The notes beneath the pieces were generated by a model, which saw only the letters and a program-made list of their open reading frames with translations, was not told where the DNA came from and searched no databases. From Oculina patagonica (lineage: Eukaryota): a stretch of 64,000 bases of DNA. The position numbers and the translations under genes are program-made. Location of the stretch: contig NC_135759.1 in the NCBI RefSeq assembly GCF_052425735.1, forward strand, positions 15,624,001-15,688,000, in the 5' to 3' direction. Positions 26,486 to 38,289 of this stretch are shown here, piece after piece. Positions within the stretch are counted from its first letter, which is position 1; each line of letters opens with the position of its first letter.

Positions 26486-28880
26486 ATGAAAGGTATGAAA
26501 TTTTCATAAAATTATTCTTAATTTGTCCTTAAAACTGTTGTTCCTTCTTCAATAAGCGATCACCATGACAAAATTTGATCTACGCTAGCTAAATTGTTGT
26601 TTAAGATTCTAAATATGAATTCTAGATGTTAAATTATTTTTCTCACCTTTCTTTTATTTTAAACAACTTTCTTTTTAATTTTTTATTCACCTTCTCGCTT
26701 CTTTAAAATCGTGCTTAATTTCTAGACACTTTTAAAAAGAATGATCTGCTCTTTACTAATGATAGCGGATACAAAATAAACGACACGTAACCGAGTGCTC
26801 TCGTAATACTGTTAAATATAATTTTTCTTTCACCTTCACAGTCATTTTAAAGATCAGTTTTGTTGCCTGTTGCATTCTTACGGTGACAACTTGTCTGCCT
26901 ACGAAACGTTCTTCACGATCACAGTCTTGGCCATGCCAAAGGGATAAAGATGTTCGTACATTACTCTCAGAGGCCTCAATTATGTCTCTAACTCTTGCAA
27001 GGCAAATCTCTGTCCTCAGCAACATCATGGTAAGTTAAGCCATCGTTTTTTATTAAGACGTTAATTTGTCAATTAGTTAAGAATTGTTAGTGCGTGCCTC
27101 AGTGGAGTTTACTCTTCGACCTATATTTTGAAATAACCCTCAGGACAAGTTAATTCCGTGCTGTCTGATTTCACTGTAGAATGTTTGCCGACCATATGCT
27201 ATTAGCTAGCTTAACACGAGCAGAAATTACACTATTTTTTTTAAAAGTAAATTTCATTTAAGTTTGAAGAACCTTAAATCTGGCGAACGGTTCTAAGAGG
27301 GTGTAGATATGTAGTTGTAATTTAAAAATTTGGTCATTTCATTATTCATTTGTATGGCCACGAGATATTGGGCATTAAAACTTTTTTAAAGCAAGATGAG
27401 GTCACAGAAAGTTTATTCCTTGGTTTTACAGAATAAAAAGTGGCCAACAGACCCCAACAAAGACAGCAACGTAAATTTTTTTGTGCCTGCTCGAAAGTCC
27501 AATAGAACCACAAATAAGGTAAGCAGGTATCGTTAATGGAGCGATGTTCTTCGACTTGCCCACTTAGTATAACAATTAAACAATCACTTCTGAGCAAATT
27601 CCCATCTCTGAGAGAAAAAGGCATGGTCAACATTTAGGCTGTTATGGACATTGCAGCAAGTCCCACAGAATTTTAGAATATTTCTTTGGGGGAGGGGGGG
27701 GGGGAGGGGGCTCAATTACGAAAATAATTTTTAAAAGTTAGGATGATTTCTGTAAAGATATACTATATTAGTGTATAACTCTGCTAAAATTAACAACCCT
27801 TTATTCTGTTCCTTTGTAATCGAATCAACGAAAAACCTAATTTATTCACATGTGATTTTAGAAACCTTCTCTTTATTTCAGCCTGAACAGATTCTCAGAG
27901 CGAACTGTCGTACTTTGAGAGCTTTCATCTCACTGGTGAATAATTCCACGAAACAGCTGAAACGTTTCCAAGCTGCCGAGGAACTGGTAACTAGCAAACT
28001 GGTGGATTTAAAGTTACAGGCAAAGTCACTTATAACATATTTGAGAAGGATTATGAAAGTCATAAAGTCTGTAAGTATTTCAAGTTCTTGAGCCTTTCCT
28101 GTAGGCTGCATGGTAAAAAGAAATGGATAAAAAAACTGAACAAACTGAACTATAAGTGACGATATTTTTTCGGTTAATTGCAAAAAACATTTATTGACGA
28201 ACAATCACAACTTAAGTTTAAAAAACACAGCTGAATTACCTTAAGTTACTAGTTACAGTAAAAACTAAAGAATAAGGAAAATTAAAATGCAAGTTCAAGT
28301 TAGGGCTTCTATCCTGGAAGGGTTTTTTAACATGTTTAGCCAGATAAATTACAATGCTTATAGATGATTACATAAAAATTACACACTACCTAGTTATAGG
28401 AAATGGTGATAAGTGTTGTTTACATGTATTTAGAAGAAAATTTTACAGATAGTCTAGCCATCCAGTGCAGACCATTTTTGGCACAAACGTTTTTAAAAGA
28501 ACTTTTAAAATTCGGGACGAAAAGATCTCAAAAAAGGACCTTTTAGAAGAGACCAACCTTTTCCATGACACCCAGCTAAATATGACGGTAATTTAAAAAG
28601 CACCGGTTCAAACGACGGTGTAAGTCTCTCTGACTAGTATGGTTAAAAATTTTTCCTTTTGTCTGATTTAATTCAACAGCAAAGACGAGGAAAAAGAAGC
28701 ACTGCATCACAAAGCGGCAAGCAGAGAGAAAACAACAACAAACCAGCGAGTCGGCCTGCCCAAACAGCAACAATCGAAGATATAACTTCACAAACTAAAC
28801 TCATACTGGATGACTTTAATGCAAATGTCCTGACTCTTGCCCAAGATTTATTTAAAATCAAGCGTCTTACTTGTAATTAA
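26486..28880 (+). CDS. Gene B: secreted four-helix cytokine-like protein, 5 exons, 223 aa
   Basis: Exons 26486-26492, 26842-27029, 27432-27518, 27882-28070, 28680-28880; GT-AG, phases 1/0/0/0. MKVILKISFVACCILTVTTC-LPTKRSSRSQSWPCQRDKDVRTLLSEASIMSLTLARQISVLSNIM|NKKWPTDPNKDSNVNFFVPARKSNRTTNK|PEQILRANCRTLRAFISLVNNSTKQLKRF...IMKVIKS|QRRGKRS...TIEDITSQTKLILDDFNANVLTLAQDLFKIKRLTCN. Confidence 0.87.
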
Positions 28881-31800
28881 ATGAGACCGTGATTGTTAAA
28901 TCGCAGTTAAAAAACCAGCACAATGATTTTAAAAAGCAATGATTTGTAAGCGAAGAAAAGCGAGACGTAAATCGTACCGTAAGCTCAGTACTTCCAATGG
29001 GAGATAATATATCGTTATATTACATTAATATGGCATAATGATTAATTTATGTAAACAACAAGCTTTATTAAACGCAGCACAGAAAGAAAATAATCCTTAA
29101 AGGTATTTATTAAATATGCTTTAGTCAGTCGAAGAACCCTAATTGCTTAAATTCAACATAATAAAAAGATAAATTGCATAAAATTTATGTGATGTTATGG
29201 AGATTAGAAAAATAAATAAAAAAGGATCACTTGTGAACATCTTGCTAGTCGTTGTTATTTTAACAAGTCTCTTTCCATCCTCTCTCCTGAACAAAAAAAT
29301 AAAACTACCTAACCACTCGATATATAGTCACCTCATTGGCGGTTCAAAACTCCACCTTCTTTGTGCGTGGAAGAAGTTTACCCGGAATAATGAAGAGTAC
29401 GTAAATACTGGTAGTATAATTTTAGCTGGCCACCGTGACAAACTCACAAACAGATTGTATCTTGCAAACAGAAAAGAAAGTTTACTTAGTTGACAGGGTG
29501 CCAAAGGGGTTTAGGACTTCAGGGCTTCAGGCCGCTATAGAAAAGGGCTCCGGGCTCTGTAGGAAACATTCTTGGGGCTCCCTGCTCTACAGCAATTAAG
29601 GGCTCCAAGTAGCAAAAAGATGGGGCTTCAGGCTCTACGACGAAAACATCAGGGCTCCCAGGCTTCGCACTACACTCACTCGCCCCACCTTTTTGTCCTT
29701 TGCACATGCCAGTGTAAAAACAGAAAGGTGAATTGATTTATACTAGTCCAAAAGGTTAATTTCCCTGGGGAAGTTTTGCATAATTTATTTATGCTACAGC
29801 GTAATAAACAAACATCAGCTTATTTTAGAGACTAAATTAAAAGAAAATCATTTAAGGGTAGATTTGATGTATGGAACTTACTTTTGTTAGAGGTTATATG
29901 TGTTTTGACAATATTTACAAGTGTGTGAAGCTTTTTTATGCCCTGATATGAATAAAATTCCATGGAAATTCGGAGAAATGAGCTAACAAGGCTATAGTTA
30001 GTAACGTCACCAACAGTTAAACAAAAAAATAATTGAAAATGATTTTGCTCAGTTTTATACAGAAAAAATACCACGAAAAAAACAACTAAAAGAGTCAATC
30101 CTCGCTGATGATTTCAGTCTTAAATTCAAAATATCCGTTTAAGATAGCTTGGGGATGAAAGATTCATTCCGAAGTTTATTTTTACTGGGCCGGGGTGTTA
30201 GTGTAGCTTGTATGATTTCCGTAGAGCTGCTTACTACATTCTTAAAGGCACGAGACAAGAACTAATCGTAATCGGTGAGCACGTTCTTCTCTTTACCTTC
30301 AGGAGAAAGAAACAGAGGAAGATCAAGAAATCGCAACTTTAAAATAAAGATTAATTCTGATTTCATCGAAAAAGTTGTTGAGAACTAGTTTTGTAGAAGA
30401 AGAATAATAATACTCTATGCTCTACCAAAGGGGAAGGGATAACCAAGTAACTAGGTGAAATAGGAAAGTGTGGGCGTTTTTAAGGTGAAGACGAGAATTC
30501 ATGCAGTCTGAATGAGTTGATTTGAACAGTTACTTACATAATGACCGATGTTATTCTGATAATACGTTGTTTTATTACCTGATGATTAAGGCAACTGAGA
30601 GGGCCAATAATTAAAATCAACCAATCAGGGTGCTGTATTGCTGGTCTTATATTTTCCAAGTATAGGACAGGGTAAAGATTTTAAACAAATCTTTTTCATT
30701 ATATAAAGCAAATCGCTTGTCAACCAAGCTTGCTTGGGATCGTACTAGGAGAATATTGGCCCTCGGTGTTTTCTGTACGGAACTCGCTGCCCTACACTTG
30801 TACTGTAAAAGGCCGACTGAGAGGGCTCATTTTCTTCCGTACGGCCCTCACACCTAATTAGCAAGAGATATTTATTCGTCTAGCTTCTTAACAGATCATT
30901 TCTGTAGTAGTAGTAGCCCTTCCTCCTTCTGGAGAGCCACACGCCTCCCTATCCTCCCCCCTTAAAATCACGTTCTTAGGAAGCTTTATTCTTACGGCGC
31001 TAAACCTTGAACTTCTCATTTAGGTTTTTGTCCTACACCCACTGAATTTGCAAAAAGGCTCGATCAGTGTCGCTTGTACGTACTATGAAACTGATATTCG
31101 TTTGGTCTGTGCATCTTATGATTGGTTTACAACAAAGGACAAGCTGGTACATCCTGACTCTTGCGAACACTTTCTATCTTTAGTATATCTTGTTCGTGCG
31201 AATTCCTGGAGCGTAAATCGTTCAGGCGCGTTACAGGATTACCCAAATTGTATAGTTCTTTAGAATGGTACTTAACAGCTGAATCCTGCTGGGCCCTTTC
31301 ATGTGAAATACCTTAAAATAACCTTGAAAAGCGTCACTAAATTACAATAAATCCATCTTGGACATTCGATATTCTCAGAAAAGCTCTAAAAGGCGGTAAA
31401 ACGCGAGGATGCAAAACGCAGGAGTGTTAGCATCCATATTTGAATTTTTTGCAAATCTGTGTTTTTGATGAAACTTTTGTAAAGTTAAAACAAGTTGCCG
31501 AGCTGCCAAAGTTAAAATCAATTTTCATATTTCAAGTTGCGCGCATAAAGAGATTTAAAGGCAGTCTTTAAAAGCGCAAACGAGGAAAGTTTGATTTATA
31601 TTTAGTTTGTATAAGAGAGATATAAAGCGCTACAACACACACAAGTAAAAAATTAAATGACACAAGGGAAGCTGTTCTTTAGAAACATATTTTTCACGAA
31701 ATTTATCCTAAGCTTTAATCCGCACATAATTTACTTTGTTTCGGTCCAAAAAGTATTAGTAAACTGTAAAAGCACATTTCTTGTACTTCTAAATTGCATC

Positions 31801-32733
31801 TGTGTTGAAAGATATGAAAAAGTTTAATATATCTTATTGGATTTAAAAAAAAGCACCGTTTTCTTATTTAGGGAATAAGGGTAAGAAATTAAATATTTTT
31901 ATGAATCGATTGAAACAAAAAATAAGATGTTACCTGTTAACGTAGTAGTAACTCAATTATTAATGATGTACGTAAACAGCTTTTCACAAACAGATCATCT
32001 TAAAGAATGCAGGTTTCCCTAAAAATATATTTATTCAGCTTTCAGCTTCCTTTATGTGCCTTACAAAGCATTATTTTATCATTATAATTATTTCAACTTT
32101 GCAATAAAAAATGTTGTATCGTGCATACATTTTCTAACTTTTGAAAATGAGCGTCAAGGTCAAAATAATTAAAGTATTCGATCACCAAACACACTACCTA
32201 TTCAATACTGATCGTTTCCAAAGTATGTTATGGTAAATCATGAACGACAACATTGCCAAGTTGAAGATTTTATTGTAACCTGCGTTGTCAATAGCAAAAT
32301 GTTAGCAAAAGAAGAAATTGGAAGATGATTACTCACTCTTGAATTATTGAATTCAAGGGTCAAATCAAAGATAATCTCCAAATGGAACGTTACGGAACAC
32401 AAGCGCGAAAGGAGACGGGAAGGGATAATTTTTGATTGCGCCTGCAGGTTAACAAATCTATATCAAAGAGCATACTTGAAGAAAAATGAACAAAAATAAC
32501 TTCTGTCCTTTTTTAAAACTTATTTTTTACTTGAAGAAAGAAAGAAATGGCTGTGTAGTAAAAGTTGTGATAAGGGAAGACTTAACACTCGAACAGCTGC
32601 TGCATAACCCACTCGTCCGGTGAAATCAGCTTGCTATCCAGGATATGGACTACTTTTAAACCTTGACAAAGTATTTTAAACTTCCTTACCATGTTAAAAA
32701 ATTAAACAGGGATAAATGACTAAACTTTGCAAG

Positions 32734-32740
32734 TATAAAA
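32734..32740 (+). promoter_or_regulatory. TATA box of gene C
   Basis: TATAAAA 95 nt before ATG 32829. Confidence 0.55.
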
Positions 32741-32828
32741 GGAGAACAGCTCCGTTAGTAGAGATTAATCGGTTTTTTTAAACCTCAAAGTGGCTTTGCT
32801 AAAACAATTTACTTTCAAGTTACTAAAG

Positions 32829-35800
32829 ATGAAAGGCAAGAGTAAGCGATTTCTGTTACCATACCTAAAGAAAATATGCTCAGTGCTGCAGAATCACCGG
32901 GAGTACAATCTTCGGTCTTTTTTCATCTGTATTTCAAAGTTAAATGTCCAAACACTACAGTAGTTTACTGATAAACAACAAAAGAGGTGTAGTACCTCTC
33001 ATAAGAAAACCAAAAACTAAAAAAGATAGCTAAGTTCATGGAAGATTAAGAAGGTTTATTTACGTCACGTTTAGCAATTTAGGCAAAGCTGATCCAGAAA
33101 ATGTCACCTTTAAATTTCAAAACTAATTATTCCATTTCAGTATTCAGAGCAACTCTTTATTAGCATCCCCAATTTCTCAGAGCAATACCATCGAAAAATA
33201 TATGCCACTAAGTAAGAGGGAGTAACAGAGGAAGGGAGACGCAACCAATGTGCACTGAAAAGTCTCCATTAGAAATATCTAACAACGCTCTTAGCATGGA
33301 TTAAATGTATGTATGCATTCTTTCTATGCCAATCCTTTTTTAGGGAGTTTAACATTCAGTTTCCTTATCTGCGCCATTTTCACCGTGACTGTGTCTTCAC
33401 AATCGTGGCCATGCCAAAGTGATAAACTTGTTCGTAGAAGACTCTCAGACGCCTTAAGTCTGTCTCGAATTCTGGCAGGACAAATCTCTGCTCTCCGCAT
33501 CAATATGGTAAGTTAAAAGATCATTTTCCTTAGTGATATCTACTCTCTCGTGATAAACGTTTTTTACTGTGTACCAATTTTTCGTTTGAGCTTGTTTTCA
33601 AAAAGGCTATAACAAATGTTGATTGTTTCAGTCTAGAAGATGGCCACTAAGCCCCTTCAATGCGACCAACATTGGCTTTTTTGGGCCTCGTCGGAGATCC
33701 AACAAAACCGCAATTAAGGTAAGCACAGCTTTTAAATTAGAACCCCAAACGCAATGGACTTATTTATTATTGTTTTTCTTTTGCTCTGGAAAATTAACAG
33801 TAACTATATATGTAAATTCGAGATCAAGCCTGAGAAAATTTTCTTCTTCGGTAGTCGCTTTGTGATTGCATGCAAAATATAGAAACTCTTGTCAAAGGGG
33901 TACCTCATTTTGCGCAGGATCACGTGACGTATCTTGCACTGATGCTCGAATTATTTTTTGTTTTGGCAATAAGAAACGGAAATTCTTAGATAGCTCTGCA
34001 AGAATTGCTAAAACAACAGTTTTAATTCACTCCATCGAAAATAAAGAAAAACTGGGTACAACATACGCGAGTTGGTGTAGTGCGTTTTTTAACCTTTTTC
34101 CAAAACAGTCTTGACCTACTTTTATCTAGATATGTTTGTCTAAACATAAGCTTTATTTACGAGTTTACTGTGCTTTATTTTAAGAGTTGTCTTTGATACT
34201 AGTTCTAAATGTACAGCGAAGCTAGGTCAACGTTGTAATTAACGCATTATAAGCTAAAGGTGTAGCACTAGTAACTAATTGGAATTGAATAAAACAAGTA
34301 ATAAAGCACAACTATTTTTATAAAAAAAGTCTATTTTGTAGCATATCGTTCTCTGATCGAGTTCTAAAGCTCAAGTTAACTGGCCTCTATTTTTAAGCCT
34401 CAACAGATTCTTAAAGCCAACATCCGTACATTGAGGACCTTCATCTTGTTGATTGACAATTCTACAAGTCAGCTGAGAAGTTTTCAAGTTGTTGAAGAGC
34501 TGGTAACTAACAAACTGGTGGATCTAAAGAGACAGACAAAAACACTCAACAGCTATTTAAGATATATTGTTGCCATCATAACGTTTGTAAGTAGTTTTTG
34601 AATCTTTGGCTAAATTTGAAATAGCTGGGGAAAGTATATTTTACGTACATGATCCATTTATTATCTAATTATGGGTAGAACAAATGTCTTGATTGGTTCA
34701 TCAAACGATTAGAACAAATACTGGCTATCTCGAAACAACATTTTGCACGCAGTTAGGTCGCACTCTGAGCACAAACTTAGGGCCGAATCGCACTAGCGGA
34801 CAAATTTTGTAACAATTGGTAGATTTCATCATTAATGTGTCACTTGTTACAGTAAACAAGTGCGATTGCGTTTTTTGAGACCTAGAACTTGTCCAACATT
34901 TCAGGAAAACAAAGAAGCAGTTGTCTTATGATTGGTCCGCGTTGCACGCGCGATACATTTTGTCAAACATTCGCAAAAAAAAGTGCGAACGACTTGCTGG
35001 ACAAGGGCAAATTTTGTCAAAACGGACAAATCATCAAAGGGCCGGGGCCGATGTCATGCCTCAAGGCAGGACAATTCATGACAAGTCGCATTCCCATGCC
35101 CCTCGTAATGCTAGATAACAATTGGCTATTGTGTTTGGCCCAAATTGCACCGAAAAACAGCACGCACTAAAACATTGTTGGGATAGTATGCACAGTGATG
35201 TGGCTCTCACTATCATAATTCAGCCGCAAAATCTTTCCGCGATAAGCAAAGCATATTTATAAGTGAAGTGTTTCGGGTTAATGTAAGAATGAGAAAAGAA
35301 AAAGTTATCCTGAGACGACTCATAATTATACTGCATGAGAACACGCGTACTTTAAATGCGAATTGTTTTAGAATTTTTTACCGCGTGGTAATGCATATTT
35401 GATGTTTGCCCAAGACGGCCGTGCTGAGAAATGTACAGGGATGCCAGAAGCACGTGCAAAGCTATTGTACTAATAATTTCACCTTTTGTTCTCTTCAAGA
35501 TGTCTCTGACTCGTCGCGACAATTTTGTTTTTGTCGGAAATGTCATGAAATTTTAAACTTGTCCGCTAGTGCGATTCGGCCCTTAGTCATAGTTAAGAAA
35601 AACTTTATACATTTGGTGAAAAAGTGAAGTCACTTAGGCTTATTGCAAAAGTAGAAACCACCCTTTTATTAACTCCAGAAAAGCCGAATTAAACTTACAG
35701 TGCGGACACTCGAACCGTGAACACCAAGGCCTTTTTTCCCGCTTTTTTGCCATCATCCAATCACGAAGTGACTTCATAACGAGGCTGGTACATTTATTGA

Positions 35801-38289
35801 GAGTGAAACATACCGATTCATGGCTGACAAGAGTGAAATTTATATGTGGCTCAAATCATTATCTCCAAGCATGAAATTAGAAAGACTTTCGCTCCAGTTG
35901 GAAAACAGAGGGTTCCGCTCACGAAGGTCACTGGCTTTAATACATGAAATCTGAGGATTTGGACTCGTTCTTTCCGTCTCCTGATAAGCTGTTACTTGCG
36001 GAAAGACGCGTATTAATTAGAGGCCGAACTCAACAACATCCAAAAGAAAAGTCCTTGTAATGATGTCAACTCTTGTAAGCTAAAGGAAAAACACCCAGAA
36101 TTGATTATCGATATTCGCACCGTACAGCGTGAACTAAAGGAAGTTGAATAGTAGTATACGAAAGCAAAGAGCGCTTCCTGCCAACGAACTAAATCAAGGT
36201 TCTTTGCTATTTATGCGACCACGTCGATCTAAAGAAACAGAATCCAGCGAAATATTTAGATCGTTCTGCCTTGGATAGAGACTTGATGATTCTTCAGCGA
36301 CGGGTTCAGCGAGCGCTGCGAAATAAACTTCTATTAGAGGAAAATTATGACTGGAGATTGCCAAGTGTTATCGAAGAGTATAAACATGGAATTGTTGACC
36401 CTCTCCGAGTGCAGTGAGCGGAAAAAAGGAATGCATGCAAATGGTAAAGTTGTACTTTACTCATGTTATGCTGCACTAAACTGCGTTTGATATGTTCCCT
36501 GTTGTGTTTTTATTTTTGCGTGTTTTCATTTCGGCTTCAAATAATGTGCCGGTACACTGTAATTGGTTCAGACATTAGTTCATGCATTTCCCGTTGTGAT
36601 TGTGCTGTACAAAAATAAAGTTTGACTTTTAGACTACTAGAACGTGACAATAACTGTGTCTTATTGCGCTTGAAGGAAACTTACATTTGTATAGCAACAA
36701 GAGCGAGTTTATTTGTTCCCACGGATAAGATAAAAATAGCAACAGAATCAGACATATCCGTGTTTTCTGAAGTATGCTATTTGCTGGACTTATTTTGAAT
36801 CAGAACAATTTCTATTCTATTCAATGAAGTTTGTTCTATCTTGTCTAATCTGCGCCTGCATTTGAAGAAAATCTACGTTGTTTGGCCATGTTAGCGGTAA
36901 GAGTGAGTTTATTTGTTTTTATGTGTAAGATAAAAATCTGAGTTGTCAGTCACGTAGCCGCATTTTCTGAAGTAGGATGCGATTGAATTTGCTAGACTTA
37001 CTTTGGACACAGCTTCGCTAATCTAACAACAGCCGCTGTTGAATCTCACTTGTATACACGCTAGGTTTACATAATTTCTCTGATACCACATATTCGACAA
37101 CATCTATTGACATTTTATTTCGAACCGGTGTTTTTCGCAGCCCAGCCAGAGATGAGTTGCTGTCTTCGTAAGATTGAACAACTTTATTTACACATCCGAC
37201 GCTAACTCGCATATTTTTTGAAATTTGTCTTCGCGAAAACCCTTGATGATGTAGATCTGCCAAGCATTCTTTCCCGATAAACTTGAGGCAGAGCTTTACC
37301 ATTGTCGTAGCGGTAGATCCCTTCCTGTCGATGAACACCGAGTTTGCATTCACCTTTGCCAAACAGGAATAAAAAAGACTCCGACGGTGGCGATAAAATC
37401 TTGAAAGATAACTTGATTTTAGCGAAAAATATGTACTTTCCAGCGTAGCTAGTTTAGCAGGCGCGTAGGCCATTTCACATTCAAAATATTGCCGAGTCGC
37501 TGACATAAAAAAACTCACATTATATTTCCCCGCAACCGCTGTGATTGGACGGCGCTTAAAAAATGTTAATCCTTTTGTTTATAAGAAGAGCTCTCATTGG
37601 CTAACCGTCAAAAAAGGCCCAAAAAAATGTCCAAGTGTTCATGGTTCGAGTGTCCGCACTGTAAGTTGCAAGGATGATGGGATATAATTGAAGGGTATAT
37701 TGATCAGGGTGGTCGATAGGTCTTCTTTCTTTTGCAGAGGGGAAGGAATATAGCAAACTGTACACTTTCAACATTACTTTTTAGTCGTGTTAAGCCATAT
37801 GTAATCTTGTCGGGCTAAATCCCGTCCTCCATAATTGACTGAGCTCCACGTTTTCGTCACTGATGTTGCTAAGCAACAAGGTGGATGTTTTGCACCATGC
37901 TGGTGTGACAATTTTTGGAGTCCTCGCTGGAGCTCACTTCATTTTTATTTTTGCATTGGTTATAAGAATCAGAAACTCTCCAAGTGCTTCTGGAAGATTT
38001 GGTAAAAAGTGCATTTGTTCCCCCACAGAAATGTTTTTTGTCTCATTCTCTTTAACAGAACCGACTAGGAAAAACGAGCACTGTACCACAAGGCGGCCAA
38101 CAGACAAACACCAACAACAAACCGGCGATTCGGCCTATCAAAACCAAACCTTTGAATATGAAAAGTACGAGCACTCCAACCATTCAAGATGTGGCTCGTC
38201 GAACTCAACTGATACTTGTTGACTTCAGGTCAAATGTCCTGACTCTGGCCAGCGATTTACAGAAAATTGCCGCACAAACGTGCAATTAA
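32829..38289 (+). CDS. Gene C: secreted four-helix cytokine-like protein, 5 exons, about 227 aa
   Basis: Exons 32829-32841, 33344-33507, 33632-33718, 34398-34586, 38059-38289; phases 1/0/0/0. MKGKRSLTFSFLICAIFTVTVSS-QSWPCQSDKLVRRRLSDALSLSRILAGQISALRINM|SRRWPLSPFNATNIGFFGPRRRSNKTAIK|PQQILKANIRTLRTFILLIDNSTSQLRSF...IVAIITF|NRLGKTS...TIQDVARRTQLILVDFRSNVLTLASDLQKIAAQTCN. Intron 4 is expanded by two transposons. Confidence 0.85.
34780..35582. mobile_element. PIF/Harbinger-type MITE in intron 4 of gene C
   Basis: 24-bp TIR GGGCCGAATCGCACTAGCGGACAA with TTA TSD on both sides. Confidence 0.85.
35698..37661. mobile_element. Non-autonomous Tc1/IS630-like DNA transposon in intron 4 of gene C
   Basis: 27-bp TIR CAGTGCGGACACTCGAACC[G/A]TGAACAC with TA TSD. 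The minus-strand ORF 37018-37518 holds a paired-like HTH (LHHQGFSRRQISKNMRVSVGCVNKVV...SEIQQRLL) typical of Tc1-type transposase N-termini. No intact DDE domain was seen. Confidence 0.8.

Noticed and set aside
37863-38222. 119-aa ORF with a hydrophobic segment
   Set aside because: It overlaps gene C exon 5 in a different frame; the paralog-conserved frame is 38059-38289.
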